In this document: piece after piece, positions 43,957-56,300 of the stretch
How positions within the stretch are numbered: position 1 is the stretch's first letter
Layout: each line of letters begins with the position of its first letter
NCBI GenBank assembly: GCA_965648915.1
Contig: CBFGIV010000011.1
Span: forward strand, 1 to 56,718
Length of the DNA: 56,718 nucleotides
Source of the DNA: a candidate division WOR-3 bacterium
Lineage (GTDB): Bacteria > Hydrothermota > Tepidihabitantia > SM23-42 > CAYGYG01
Direction: 5' to 3'
The notes under the pieces: generated by a model
Told to the model about the DNA's origin: nothing
Seen by the model: the letters and a program-made list of their open reading frames with translations, nothing else
Database searches by the model: none
Made by a program: the position numbers and the translations under genes

Positions 43957-45105
43957 ATGGAACTCTTCTTTGAACAGAGAATCGACCGTCGGGAATTTTT
44001 GAAGAAATGCATCTGGCAGGGGACTTCTCTTGCGCTTTCAATCAAACTCCTGAAAAACGCTTATGCTCAGGATTTAAAATTTGGCTACACCAATTCCTAT
44101 CCTGCCCTGCACTGGCAGGCCCTGACCAAGGGGAATATCAAATGCCAGCTCTGTCCGCGTGAATGTATTGTCAAACCCGGTATGCGGGGATTCTGTCGGG
44201 TCAGAGAAAACCGGGATGGTAAATACTTCACTTTAACCTTTGGTAACCCCTGCTCGGTCCATATCGACCCGATTGAAAAGAAACCGTTTTTTCATCTCCT
44301 CCCCGGGACAACCGCCTTCTCCCTGGCAACGGCTGGCTGCAACTTTACCTGCAAGCATTGCCAGAACTGGGAGATATCGCAAAAATCGCCGGAAGAGACT
44401 GAAAATATGATCCTGAGCCCCCAAGCAATTATTGACCTGACAAAAAAATACCGCTGTCCCAGTATTGCCTATACCTACACCGAACCGGTTATTTTTTATG
44501 AATATATGCTGGCGATTGCGAAACGGGCAAAAAAAGAAGGCATCCTCAATGTTATGCATTCCAATGGTTATATCAATCAGAAACCACTTGAAGAACTCTG
44601 CCCCTATCTTGATGGTGCGGACATCGACCTGAAGGCATTCACCGATGAATTCTATACTTCAATCACTTCAGGTACCCTGGGCCCGGTTCTCGAAACCTTA
44701 AAAACCCTGAAAAAGAAAGGCGTCCATCTCGAAATAACCAACCTCATCATCCCGACCAAAAATGATAATATCACCGAGATTAAAAAGATGTGTGAGTGGA
44801 TAGCCACCAATTTAGGCAAGGATGTTCCCCTCCATCTCTCCCGTTTCTATCCAATGTATCGATTAAATAATCTCTCGCCCACACCGACTGAAACGCTGAA
44901 GCGGGCCTATGAGATTGCAAAAAATGTTGGGCTGGAATATGTCTATATCGGCAATCTCCCGGGACTGCCTGAAGAGAATACCTACTGTCCAGCGTGTAAG
45001 AAGTTACTGATTGAACGAATCGGCTATACGGTAAAGGTAATAAACTTAAAAGATGGGAGATGCAAATTCTGCGGCCATCCCATCCCGGGCCTCTGGGCAT
45101 GCTGA
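43957..45105 (+). CDS. amrS: AmmeMemoRadiSam system radical SAM enzyme with Tat-like N-terminus
   Basis: CQLCPREC, GFCRVREN, DPIEKKP, CNFTCKHCQNWEIS, YVYIGN, CPAC...CKFCG; N-terminal DRREFLK. Confidence 0.9.
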   Translation: MELFFEQRIDRREFLKKCIWQGTSLALSIKLLKNAYAQDLKFGYTNSYPALHWQALTKGNIKCQLCPRECIVKPGMRGFCRVRENRDGKYFTLTFGNPCSVHIDPIEKKPFFHLLPGTTAFSLATAGCNFTCKHCQNWEISQKSPEETENMILSPQAIIDLTKKYRCPSIAYTYTEPVIFYEYMLAIAKRAKKEGILNVMHSNGYINQKPLEELCPYLDGADIDLKAFTDEFYTSITSGTLGPVLETLKTLKKKGVHLEITNLIIPTKNDNITEIKKMCEWIATNLGKDVPLHLSRFYPMYRLNNLSPTPTETLKRAYEIAKNVGLEYVYIGNLPGLPEENTYCPACKKLLIERIGYTVKVINLKDGRCKFCGHPIPGLWAC

Positions 45106-45250
45106 AACCTATCCGACTCGTAAGTCAATTTTGCTTTTTTATTAAATCCCGTCGATAAGGTAAAATATTTAATTTTGATATAGAGTATTTTACCCAGGAG
45201 TTTTAAAAAAATCAAAACAAAAAGCGAAGAGGCCCAAGAATTAAAATCAC

Positions 45251-45278
45251 TTGACATCTGAAGAAAAAGCAGTAGAAT
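45251..45278 (+). promoter_or_regulatory. Sigma-70 promoter of the lipoprotein-to-ABC gene run, leaderless
   Basis: TTGACA-N16-TAGAAT-N6-ATG(45285). Confidence 0.7.
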
Positions 45279-45284
45279 TGGCTA

Positions 45285-46352
45285 ATGGGACGGATCAATC
45301 TCTTCCTTCTCCTTACTTTGTTGATCCTCGGTTGTGGATCTAAAAAAATTGAAGCAACAAAACCTTCGGTCGTGACCGATACCTTAATGGTCTACTACTT
45401 CGGCAATATCAATGACTGTCTTCTCCCGAACGGCAAAAACACTCTTGCCAAAATTTCCAATCTTCCCCGTTCCAACAGCATCATAATCGCTTATTTTCAT
45501 CCCTTTAAATGTTTCAGCCAGAATCTATATAATAGACTCGACCTTAGCAATCTTTTAAAAAAGCATTACAATGGAATCCTGATTGCATCTCCAGATTTTT
45601 CCAGATCGACCTCATCAACACCCGAAATTTTTCCGATTGCTGAACCGAATGGCTATCTGGTTAAAAATTTTAAGTTCAGTCGGGTTGGGATCATCATCGC
45701 TCCTGAGGCCGAACCATCCGAGTCACTGTATTTCTACTATCGAAAAAATCTATCGATATTAAAGGCAAGAAGCGATATTATCATCACAATCTCCGTGCAA
45801 CCAGATAGCCTGTATGAGAATTTCCTTAACATCAATCGCATTTCCGGACCAAAGGCAATCGGTATCGAGTTTACCGATCATATCCCGACTTCTTATTTTA
45901 TTAAAGAATTCGATGCGCTAAATATTCCAGAAGATTCTGCCTTTCTCCAGGGACTGATCGCCCTCCGTCAGAACCTGATTGAACTCCGTTCTGAACCGCT
46001 GATCGACTTTAGTAAACTCAAGATCCAAACACCAGAACAATTCGAGCATTATCTTGCTCGGAGATTAATCCAGTTTTTCTCAGGTGATTTCCTCATTCTT
46101 CCCAGGACAGCATTCCGATTACCCCCTGATCTTAAAAATAGTATCTGGACCATCGACAGTTTGATAGAGCACATCGATTGTAATTTAACCATCGGCCTGG
46201 AAAAGATGAAATCAGCCGAGATTAAAAAAATTCTTAAAAATTGTGATTGTTTTGCTTCAGGTAAGATTAAGAAAGAGACACTGGTTGTCACCGTTAAAGA
46301 ATCGGGAGAGAATTTAGTAGATATTATCTATCAGATGACCGGATTAAGATAG
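45285..46352 (+). CDS. Hypothetical lipoprotein
   Basis: Lipobox LILGC after a hydrophobic stretch. Confidence 0.7.
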   Translation: MGRINLFLLLTLLILGCGSKKIEATKPSVVTDTLMVYYFGNINDCLLPNGKNTLAKISNLPRSNSIIIAYFHPFKCFSQNLYNRLDLSNLLKKHYNGILIASPDFSRSTSSTPEIFPIAEPNGYLVKNFKFSRVGIIIAPEAEPSESLYFYYRKNLSILKARSDIIITISVQPDSLYENFLNINRISGPKAIGIEFTDHIPTSYFIKEFDALNIPEDSAFLQGLIALRQNLIELRSEPLIDFSKLKIQTPEQFEHYLARRLIQFFSGDFLILPRTAFRLPPDLKNSIWTIDSLIEHIDCNLTIGLEKMKSAEIKKILKNCDCFASGKIKKETLVVTVKESGENLVDIIYQMTGLR

Positions 46353-46353
46353 T

Positions 46354-47025
46354 ATGAAGAAGATCCGATGGGTTAGACTCGCCTGGTCGATATTTGTTGT
46401 CCTTTATCTTGGACTCTTCTTCTGGAATTTTTTTATCAAATTTCCCGATCGTCTTATTTCCACGCTCTACCTTTATATCTTGATCTTATGGTTGTCCATT
46501 GAATACTATTTACGCCAGTCTTTCTTTCAGTCGGGGCGGTTGATAACCGAAGATGCTAAAAACGAAGAACGATATGATCATATGAACTTACTATTAAAAT
46601 CACTATTTGCCATCTTTTTCTATTCCTGTATTGGCCTGGCTATCGGTGATTTTGTATGGTGGAAAAAAGGGCAGGTTACCATCCTGAAACCGTTTCTTAA
46701 CATCGCTGGGATCATCATTCTGCTCATCGGGGTAATCATCCGGATCAAAGTCGATCTCCTTATGTTCCAGAAGCCCCAGTCCATAATCCGGCGCGGCCTC
46801 TACAATCGTATTCGCCACCCGGCATATTTTGCCACACTCCTGATCATCTTCTCAATCGCCTGTGCTTTCAGTTCGCTGCTGGCTCTGGGCTATGTGCTGG
46901 CGGTTGGCTTACCGCTCATCTATCTTGAAGCCAGATTTGAAGATCTCTTTCTTGCCCGGATAAATGGTTCTGATTATGAAGCCTATAAAAAAGAAACCCG
47001 GCTTTTCATACCCAATATTTTATAA
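46354..47025 (+). CDS. Isoprenylcysteine carboxyl methyltransferase (ICMT/PEMT) family membrane protein
   Basis: GLYNRIRHPAY, ED-x-FL...G-x-DYEAYKKET-x-LFIP. Confidence 0.82.
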   Translation: MKKIRWVRLAWSIFVVLYLGLFFWNFFIKFPDRLISTLYLYILILWLSIEYYLRQSFFQSGRLITEDAKNEERYDHMNLLLKSLFAIFFYSCIGLAIGDFVWWKKGQVTILKPFLNIAGIIILLIGVIIRIKVDLLMFQKPQSIIRRGLYNRIRHPAYFATLLIIFSIACAFSSLLALGYVLAVGLPLIYLEARFEDLFLARINGSDYEAYKKETRLFIPNIL

Positions 47026-47051
47026 TGTAGATTTTCTACCAAGGAGGTAGT

Positions 47052-47765
47052 ATGATAAAAATTCATTGGAAAATTTTACTCATCTTTCTATCAATCCTGC
47101 TTGTTCAGTCAGCGGAGATCCCAGCCCAGTTGACATTTATGGTCGGTGATGTCGAGGTAACCAGGAATAATGTTGTTTCTAAGGCTCAATTAAATATGAA
47201 CCTGCTGGTCGGTGATGTTATTCAAACCAAAGCCGAATCATATGGTGAGATAAAGTTTGCCAATCAATCTCTGGTCAGGCTCGAGCCCAATTCGAGTTTA
47301 AAAATCGAGCAGAAAGAGGAGACTAAAAGTCGCAAAGTAACCAGACTCTTCGTTATGCTGGGCGAAATTGTCAACAAGGTGACCAAGATGGCAAAAAGAG
47401 ATGTCTATGAGGTCAGAACCAATTCCGCCCAAGCATTTGTCCGAGGGACGATATTCAAATTAAAGGTTGAAGAGGATGGTTCGAGTCTCTTCAGTGTCTT
47501 TGAAGGTAAACTCGGGGTCAAGAGCCTTGTGGCCGGTGCCAGAGAGATGCTGATGGATAAAGATTTCCAGGGCAAAATTACGGTCGGCCAACTGGCACCG
47601 GTAATCGAGCGGATCAGCCCTCAGGAACTGCTTAAATTTAAACAACAGTTTAAGGACTTCCTGGAGCGCAGTGCTCAGTTTGAAAAGGCAATCAAAGAAT
47701 TAGAAGACCAGATTGAAAAGAATAAATATTATCAGAAGGCGAAGAAATCCTGCCTCTTCTTTTAG
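47052..47765 (+). CDS. Exported FecR-domain protein
   Basis: Signal peptide; GDVIQT...VRLEPNS...VRTNSAQAFVRGTIF...VFEGKL; SD AAGGAGG. Confidence 0.78.
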   Translation: MIKIHWKILLIFLSILLVQSAEIPAQLTFMVGDVEVTRNNVVSKAQLNMNLLVGDVIQTKAESYGEIKFANQSLVRLEPNSSLKIEQKEETKSRKVTRLFVMLGEIVNKVTKMAKRDVYEVRTNSAQAFVRGTIFKLKVEEDGSSLFSVFEGKLGVKSLVAGAREMLMDKDFQGKITVGQLAPVIERISPQELLKFKQQFKDFLERSAQFEKAIKELEDQIEKNKYYQKAKKSCLFF

Positions 47766-47838
47766 GGGTTAGAATTAAGACTTTGTAAGCCAGAAATTTT
47801 GTTTGCTTCCTCTAAAAGGGAATTTGAAAGCAAAATAT

Positions 47839-48642
47839 ATGAAGATTCTCCTTTTTCTTATCCTTATCCTCATCTCCTGCCGTAAACCAGAAACGAGCCG
47901 AGGTCAAATCCGGGTCGTATCGCTGGTCCCGAGCCTTACCGAAATTGTCTACGCCCTGCGCCGGGACAACCTTCTGGTCGGGGTAACGGTCTATTGTAAT
48001 TATCCCGAAGATGCCTTAAAAAAATATAAGGTCGGTGACTTCTCAAACCCATCCCTTGAACGTATCGTCGGTGCCAGACCGACCATCGTCCTCTTGACCC
48101 TGCCCGAGCAGACCCGGATCAAAAATGAACTCGAAAAGCTCAGGATTAAAACCTATAATTCATCGCCCAAAACCATCGAGGACATTTTTAACGACATCTC
48201 TTCCCTCGGTCAAATGCTTAATGCTACTGCTCGAGCCGATTCATTGATTGACAGTCTGAGAAGTGAACTGAATCAATTGCGGGTAGAAGCATTGACTGAC
48301 ACCCCTGGGGTGTTTATCGAAATTTCTCCCAAACCCCTGGTGACGGTAGGAAATAAATCTTATATCAATGAGATGATCCGCTGGGCCGGAGCAAAGAATA
48401 TCTTTGATGACCTCGCGGTCGATTACCCGGTCGTGGCTCAGGAAGAACTTATCCGACGCAACCCGGATATCATCTTTATCCTCCATAATGCAGACCCGGG
48501 CAGGCGTCTGGGCTGGGATAAGATCAAGGTATTTCGTAAAAAGCGGGTCTTCAATAATCTCAACCCGGACCTGATCTTTAGACCCGGACCGAGGTTTGTC
48601 GAGGGGATAAAGACGATGCACAAATTGATCAAAGGTGATTGA
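47839..48642 (+). CDS. Cobalamin/Fe-siderophore ABC substrate-binding lipoprotein (BtuF-like)
   Basis: Lipobox LISC; RVVSLVPSLTEI, LVGVT-x-YCNYP, RPGPR. Confidence 0.88.
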   Translation: MKILLFLILILISCRKPETSRGQIRVVSLVPSLTEIVYALRRDNLLVGVTVYCNYPEDALKKYKVGDFSNPSLERIVGARPTIVLLTLPEQTRIKNELEKLRIKTYNSSPKTIEDIFNDISSLGQMLNATARADSLIDSLRSELNQLRVEALTDTPGVFIEISPKPLVTVGNKSYINEMIRWAGAKNIFDDLAVDYPVVAQEELIRRNPDIIFILHNADPGRRLGWDKIKVFRKKRVFNNLNPDLIFRPGPRFVEGIKTMHKLIKGD

Positions 48643-48644
48643 TA

Positions 48645-49586
48645 ATGAAGATAACCATCCTCTTCCTGCTCTTTATATCTTCAATCCTCGTCTCGCTTCT
48701 GATCGGGCCAGTCCTGTTGTCCCCTTTCGACCTCTTTAAGAACGAAATCCTTGCCCGGACAGTACTCAATTTAAGACTGACCCGGACCATCCTCGGTATA
48801 ATTGGCGGCGGGATGTTAGCTGGCTGTGGAGTCTTCCTTCAGGGATTGCTCAATAACCCGCTGGTTGAACCATATACCCTCGGCACTGCTTCAGGCGCGG
48901 CCCTCGGTTCAGCCTTCAGTATCCTGCTCTTCAACTACATCAACCCCTTTTTTGCCTTTCTCGGTGCAATCTTTTCTCTCATTACGGTCTATCTCTTCTC
49001 AAAGATTGATGGCCGTCTGAACCGGGAAAGGTTGATCCTTTCCGGGGTGGTCCTCAGTTTTCTCTGCTCCAGTCTGGTGATGATCTTGATGGTCCTGGCG
49101 GGAAAAGAGTTGAACGAAATCATCTATCTTTTGATGGGCAATCTCAATATTGTCCTGACCCTTAACCTGTTACCATATTATACCATTCTAATCTTAATTA
49201 TCTTTGGATTCCTCATTATTCTCTATCTCCATAGTTGGGAACTGGACATAATCGCATCGGGTGTCGATACTGCCCGGAGTCTCGGGGTCAATACCGAGAA
49301 ACTCTTTGCCCTCATCTTTGTCCTGGTCTCACTGATCATTGCGGTCATTGTCTCAATCATCGGTGCGATCGGTTTTGTTGGCTTGATCATTCCCCACATC
49401 ACCAGAAAGATCTATGGTTCAGCCCATCGCACGGTTGTGCCTGCTGCCTTTCTCTTCGGTGCCTCATTCCTCCTCCTGGCCGATACCCTGTCCCGGGTCC
49501 TGACACCAGTCGAACTGCCGGTCGGAACCGTGACATCTCTGATCGGCGTCCCCTTCTTTCTCTTTCTTCAAGCAAGACAGCGATGA
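48645..49586 (+). CDS. FecCD/BtuC ABC permease
   Basis: LQGLLNNPLVEPYTLG, IGFVGLIIPH, ELPVG...GVPFF. Confidence 0.92.
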   Translation: MKITILFLLFISSILVSLLIGPVLLSPFDLFKNEILARTVLNLRLTRTILGIIGGGMLAGCGVFLQGLLNNPLVEPYTLGTASGAALGSAFSILLFNYINPFFAFLGAIFSLITVYLFSKIDGRLNRERLILSGVVLSFLCSSLVMILMVLAGKELNEIIYLLMGNLNIVLTLNLLPYYTILILIIFGFLIILYLHSWELDIIASGVDTARSLGVNTEKLFALIFVLVSLIIAVIVSIIGAIGFVGLIIPHITRKIYGSAHRTVVPAAFLFGASFLLLADTLSRVLTPVELPVGTVTSLIGVPFFLFLQARQR

Positions 49587-50356
49587 AGGCCTATCTTATT
49601 CGAGATCTATCTTTTAAGTATAATGAACAACCGGTCCTGACCGAACTATCCTTTGATATCGAACCGGCTGAGTTCTTTGGTATCATCGGCCCAAATGGTG
49701 CGGGTAAATCGACGTTATTAAAAATTCTCGATCACATAATCGGTGCTGATGCGGGTAGAATTGAAATCTTTGGAAAACCAATCAATTCATATAGTCAGAA
49801 AGAACTGGCCCGGGTTGTTGCCTATGTTCCCCAGGAGACCCACTTCGGTCTCGATTTTAAAGTTCGAGATGTTCTGCTTATGGGCCGCTATCCATATCAG
49901 CCATTTCTCAGTCTGGGGATTGTTAAAGACCCTGAGCCGTTTGAGCAGATTCTTTTATCAACAAACCTTTCCGGGTTCAAAGATCGTTTGATTAACTCAT
50001 TATCTTCAGGTGAACGCCAGCGCGTGATCATCGCCCGTGCCCTTGTCCAGAGGCCAAAGATTCTCCTCCTCGACGAACCGACCAGTCATCTGGACCTTAA
50101 GTATCAATTAGAGATTATGGAACTCCTCAAACAACTGAATAGAGAAGGGTTGACAATTATCTTCGTCTCGCACGATCTGAATCTGGCCAGCCTTTACTGT
50201 TCAAGATTGATGCTCCTCAACCAGGGGAAGATCGAGGCAATCGATACCCCGGAGCGGATCATCAGTCGTGATTGGCTGGCGAGGATTTACGATGCAACAC
50301 CCGAGATTATTAATCATCCCAGGAAGCAAAAACCCCAGATCCTCTTACCCGGATAA
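49583..50356 (+). CDS. ABC transporter ATP-binding protein (BtuD/FecE-like)
   Basis: GPNGAGKST, LSSGERQR, LLLDEPT, VSHD. Likely start is ATG 49583, overlapping the permease stop (ATGA). Confidence 0.92.
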   Translation: MKAYLIRDLSFKYNEQPVLTELSFDIEPAEFFGIIGPNGAGKSTLLKILDHIIGADAGRIEIFGKPINSYSQKELARVVAYVPQETHFGLDFKVRDVLLMGRYPYQPFLSLGIVKDPEPFEQILLSTNLSGFKDRLINSLSSGERQRVIIARALVQRPKILLLDEPTSHLDLKYQLEIMELLKQLNREGLTIIFVSHDLNLASLYCSRLMLLNQGKIEAIDTPERIISRDWLARIYDATPEIINHPRKQKPQILLPG

Positions 50357-50363
50357 CCGGAAA

Positions 50364-53300
50364 TCAATCAGGTAGTTTAACTTTGATAATAAATCCGGCG
50401 CTGTGCGCGGCCATATCAGGCGCATACATAGACTGAAGGATCGCTGCACCGATCCTGTATATACCTGGTTTGGTTGGCCTCAGCCGATACCGTAAGATAT
50501 ATTCACCTTGGGGGAGCCAGTTTAAGAAGAAGTTGGTCAGCGAATCGCGGGGTTCTTCATAGAACCATAAAGGGTCATAGCGCCAGCCACTTAAAAGAGT
50601 CTCCCCTTCAAAGCCCGCACCCTTCGGATCCTTGAGATGCATATATTCAAACTGACTGCGGGTATTAATCTTAATCTGCACCTCAATCTGCTCACCGACC
50701 TCAACCTCTTCGCCTGAACTGATGGGTTTAAGACGGTATGACTCGCCCTCTTTGACCCGGCGATAGAATCTGCGTTCCACTTCTAACATCCCTGGTGTTG
50801 ATGCCTCCGGAATCTGATCAGTCGAGTATCTTAAGGTTAAACTTGCAAAACTCACGCCCTTGCCCTCTTTCTTGATCTCAGCACTATTCATCTCACGGGT
50901 TATATCAAAACCTTGCTTCTGCCATCTCATCGGTTTATCCAAGAATTCGTCTGCCCTGACAACAACTGAATATTGCTCCTTACCCCATCGGATATTAAAA
51001 TTATCACTGTCCGATAAAGCACCAATCTGGTTCATATAGTCGAGCAGGGCATAGATCGCTGCGGCCGAAGCCTTGGTCGATTTCCAGACATTTGCTTTAC
51101 GGTTAAAGAAAAGCCATTTGACCATGCCGGGAATGAGTCTGTCTCCGGGCCTGAGTTCCTGAAGGGTTCTTAAGAAAAAGGCGTGTTTTTCTACCGTATC
51201 TCGATACCAGATCCAGGAATACTTTTCCGGCGTCCAGTAGACACCGGCAACTGGATCTTCACAGGCACCATCCATTGCCATATCTAAGACCTCTTCGGCC
51301 CGTTTGCGATTACCAAGGCGGATATAGGTATAGGCAAGGTATGCCTTACCAAACGGCGTCAGGGTATGGATATGCCTCTCAAGGAATTCTATCCACGATC
51401 TTACTGCATCAAGACATCGACCAGCGTTTGTCAGCCCCGTGCCGGAAAAAGAGGTCAACACATATGACGCATAGGCAACAAGGCCGATGAAATTCTCTTC
51501 AGGTTTTAATCTCCTGGGTAGTTCATCAATAATATATCCCAGTGCCCGATCAATCATATCGGCCGGAACCTCAACACCATATCTCTTCGCCTCAGCCAGA
51601 CCATTAAGGACATAGAGGGTCATATAAAGATCAGGCTGTCCACCAGGCCACCACGGAAAAGCGCCGTTATTGAGCTGGGCCGATCTCAATTTCTCAAAGG
51701 TTTTTACCTTCTGGGTCTCAACAATTGCAGGATTTAAGAGGTCAATGATCGGCCAGGAGGTTGGTCGACCTTCAGATTCCCAGACCCAGGGAGTCTCCAT
51801 CAATCTGGTCAGACGATTCGGGTCATCGCTCTCCCAGGGAGGGGTTACCGTATTACGCTTCGGTATCTTTTTTACCGCTTCGTTCAGTAGCGGATATCTT
51901 TTATAAATCTCATTCACAATACTCAACGGCACATATCGGTTCAGTATCTGTTCAATACACTCATAGGGGTATTCAACTAAAAACGGGATGGTATTTAAAA
52001 TTGTCAGTGCGAGCTGGGGCTCAATCTGCAGGACCATTGCCTCATTAATTCGGGTTGGATCTTCTTTCAACTGAATCTTCAACCCCTTTGTCTCACTGCC
52101 GGTCAGGATTTCAAAAACGGATTCGATCAATCGCTGGCGGGAAGGGAGAATCGGTAGTTCTCTCTCCTCCGCATCAGCAAGTCGTTCTGAGATCGCTATC
52201 GCCCGGACCTTATAATCGGTTGCACCTTCAGGTATATCGATAAGCCAGTTGAAGGTCTCAATCTGATGCGGTTTTATCAAAAATTTCTTTCGACTATCAA
52301 AAAGATTTAACTTCTCGTTCATCAATTTTCCATCTTCAGTTATCTCAATAACTATTTCCCCTTCAACTGCCTCAGCCCCCTCATTGTGGACAATGGCGCT
52401 GATTGTGCCTTGATCCTTTTCCCGGAAAAAGCGCGGGATATCGATCCGCACCATCAATTCTTTCTTAGTAACCACCTCTTCGATCAGCTGCGCCTCTTTG
52501 ATATCTTTTGTGAAGGCAAGAACCTTAAACTTCCAGCCGGTCAACTGCTCCGGGACTTTGAACTTAAATCGACCGATCCCGTTCTCATCGGTGAGGAGAT
52601 GGGGTAAAAAGAATGCAGTATCAGCAAACTCTTTTCGGACCGGCACTGCGGGCAATGATTCTCTTGCCCGGGCAAGCAACCCTTCCTCGGGCTCGCCTTC
52701 TCTACTTTCACTCTCGCAGGGTGCCGCCTCAGGTAGTGCCTGCTCAACCATTCTGCCGATCTTTCGTCTTCCCGGTCTCGATACATATGCCCAGGTCTGC
52801 CGGGTGCGAAAATCGGGCAATTGAAAATCTTGAATACCCTTTCTGAAACTATCGAGAAGCTTCTTTAAAAGTCCTTCGGTAATTTCAACATTCTTCACCA
52901 GTCCGGCCAGGATAGAGTAGAACGCACCCTGGGGAACCGGGTTGGCGCTGTATAGAGAATTGAGCCACCGGCTGTAACCCCGCGCATAGTATTCGAGTGA
53001 ACGGTCAAACATCAATGCCAGAACTTCAGCCCTGACCGGGCGATTATCAATATCAGTTATCTTCATCCCCCATTCAATCTCCTGGCCCGGCGGTAATATT
53101 TTTTTAAATGGTTCAAGGGCGATTTGCAGTCTCTTTTCTGACCAGGGAACTGCAACCGTTGCCTGATTATAGTAGATTTTAAGATCCCTAACACCAAACC
53201 AGCGGAGGGTAAAACCACCCTTCATCTCTTCAGTCACCTCAATCTCGAAAATCCTTACCGGTATATCCTCATCGATAAAGATCTTTCTCAAAAAGTACTG

Positions 53301-56300
53301 TCCGGCCCAGACCTCGATAAGATATCTACCCGAACCAAGACCTGAACCGATAATAAATCTTGCCGTTTCACCGACCTTATACTCTTCCTTCTCAACAAGC
53401 ATAATCGATAGAGCATTGATGGGGATGGGGCTTTTGAGATCTTTTACAACAACAAAGACCTTACTCTGGATAACCTCGCCACCCCATCGATCAATAGCCC
53501 GCTGAATAATCCGGTAGGCACCCGCCCTTAAAGGAGCAATCCTGACAACTGTCCGACCCTCTTTATTATGCAGGGCCTCTCCCTTAAAAACCATCTCGCC
53601 ATTTGGTGCATCCTTTAACTGGTCGTCAAGGTGTGGGAGATTGCGCCACTGGCCGTAGTTATCGTATTCAGGTTCAGGCGGTAAAAAATCTCTCAAACAA
53701 TATACCTCACATCTACTCTGACCTTCAATCGGTGTATCATTGATGGTGAGCATCTTGATCTCAATCTCAACTGGTTCAGATTCGAAGTAAAATCCCTTTA
53801 ACGGTTCAATCAGAAAATAACTGCCTCTCTGTCCGGCCCGGTAGGTCTGGCAGGCAGTAATCGTCCTGCCCCCTGAATCCCTTGCTTCAACCTCAACCAG
53901 GAATAGTGAGATATTGGGAACTAGATCGCAGTAATTTTCCGTATGTGGTCTTGGTATAAACTCAATTTCAAAATTACCTTCTTCATCGCTCTTCACTTCA
54001 CCCCCAGCGAGTTCCTGAAAACTGGCATTCATCTGACTGAACCAGTATCGGTAATACCAGGGGATATAAGGCTGGCGTTTTATACGATATTTGACAATCG
54101 CATCAGGTACCGGCCCACCAAAATAGTATCTGACACAACCTTTTATCTTAACCGGTCGGCCATACTGATATGGTTCCCCGGCTGGTTCAAGATTAATCTC
54201 AAACTCCGGTCGCTTATACTCTTCGACCGAAAAAGGCACACCCACGGCAGTTTGATAAGTGCCATAATTGAATTGAGCATTCAAGATATAGCGCCCGAGA
54301 AGTCTTCCCGCAGGAATATCAAAAGAGATACCGACGCTCCCGAACTGATTGAGTTCAGCCCGGGTTCTGAAAAACTCTTTATGGTTCGGGTCCGTAGCGT
54401 AAAATTCTATACTACCATTATCCATACTCTTAAAACCCTGTCCGGTCCTGCGCACAACCACTGCCTTTGCCTGAACCTTATGCCCGGGCCGGTAGATAGG
54501 ACGGTCAAGTTCAATGAATATCTCAAAAGGGTTCGGGAATGAGTGATTAAGGGCCTGTCGGTTATACCAGAATGCACAGGATTCTTTATAATTTGCCCTG
54601 GGGTCAATATGGTTGTAGTTATATTGATTCGGACCGGCCAGAACTGGAATTGACAACCGGGCACAACCATCATTTTCAGTTTTGAGACTGAGTGATTTAA
54701 TATCCTGTCGGTAGTAAAAGTATGTATCGATCATCAACTGGGCATCAGGGATCATCTTACCGGTTTGGCCATCGAGGAGATAGAGGCGAAAGCCTTCATC
54801 TTCAATATTCATCCCTCCCCTGCCTTCGATAAATTCATAGTATGCCTTCAGGGATTTTTCGGTCAAACCACTGGACCCGACTAAAACAATCTCAGTAACA
54901 TTCAAAATTGAGACCGACATCAAAGAACCACCGACATGGAATCTATCATCTTTACTGACTGCAATTAAATATAGCCCCGGACCTAAATCTGGTGGGTCGA
55001 TGGTCATTGAATGGAAGAGATAATCACCCCTGTCTCCAGTATCCACCTGCCAGGTCCTTAGCGGTACAAGGGTCAGGATATTTTTAAGCCAGTCCCGTGC
55101 CCATCTCTCGTTTAAAAAACCGCCATTCAGTATATCTGACCAACCTTCATAACGGTAATAATTCCGGCCATATTCATTCTGGCGATACTGCTCACATTCC
55201 GCTCTCAAAACATCTGGGTCGAGTTTATAAAGACGAAGATAGACCAGTTTGATATTCTTTACCATAATAGTCAAAGACCTCCGGGCCGGGGGCATTGCCA
55301 TTCTGGTCGCAAGACTCAATTCCGGCATCTCGATTTCCCTGCGTAGAACTCTTGCCCTGCGGGCGCCATCAGTATTAGAAAATTTCCTTTCAACCCTTCG
55401 GCACAACTCGACCCCTGCCCGGGCCTGGCCCTGATTCTTTAAGATGATGGCCGCGTGATAACCAGCCTGTGCCTTCGCCTCAGCGGTCTTAAAATCCTCC
55501 ATAAGTTCAAGCAGATACTCAATTGTCTTCTTCATACAGTCAGCAAGGCTCAAGCCTCTCTTCGGTGTCCCGTCCGGTTCGACATCTGAATAGGCAAATG
55601 CGTCGTAATACTTTTCAGCCAGGAGTACCCTCTCCATCCGCCATTCCTCACCCGCCTGCAGATCTTGCCTGCTCCGATTTCTTCCGGCCTCCTCCATCAA
55701 CTCGGCACTAAGCAATAATGGGCTGTCTTGAGGATTGACCGGTAGATTAAAATCTTTTACTAAAAATCTTTCAATCTCGGGTTTATCTTCTACTTCAGTC
55801 AAATTCCGGGAAAGGAGGTACTTTGTCCATTTCAAAATATAGAAGTCAAAAAGGGTTGGATACCTTCCAAAATCAACCTTCTCGAGATTAAGAAAATATC
55901 CCTCTTCTTTCAACTCCATTTTTAACAGTTCATCCTTGAAATCTAATAGTTCCTGATAAGTTTGATGGATCAGTCTATGGATCTCATCCGGGGTCCAGCG
56001 GAAGATATCCTCCTTATCCTTCGCTTCATCAACTACATCCTTACGTTGTATATATCCATACTGGAGGAGAAAGTTCTCTAAGAGGTTTGCCTTAAAAAGA
56101 AGAAATCGTGCCTGATTCTTTCTACTCTTGGGTAGTTGTTCGGCGGCCATTATTCTCTGGCTCGCCTCGCCGTAGCGGAAGAGATGAGTAAGAGATTCAC
56201 AGATCCTGAAGAATGACTTAAATCTTATATCCTCATCCGTGGCTTCTTTGAGTATTGCCTCATACTCTTTTATCGCCGATTCAAAGACCTCCTTCTTGAA

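Noticed and set aside
45100..45125. Cys-TGA ends of amrS and nfi (29672) as further Sec sites
   Set aside because: They coincide with the normal family C-termini, and the read-through frames close within 5 and 12 codons.
47766..47838. Cobalamin riboswitch before the BtuF-like gene
   Set aside because: Gap too short and no B12-box motifs.
49235..49582. N-terminal extension of the ABC ATPase ORF
   Set aside because: Overlaps the permease in another frame; the ATGA-coupled start at 49583 gives a normal-length ATPase.
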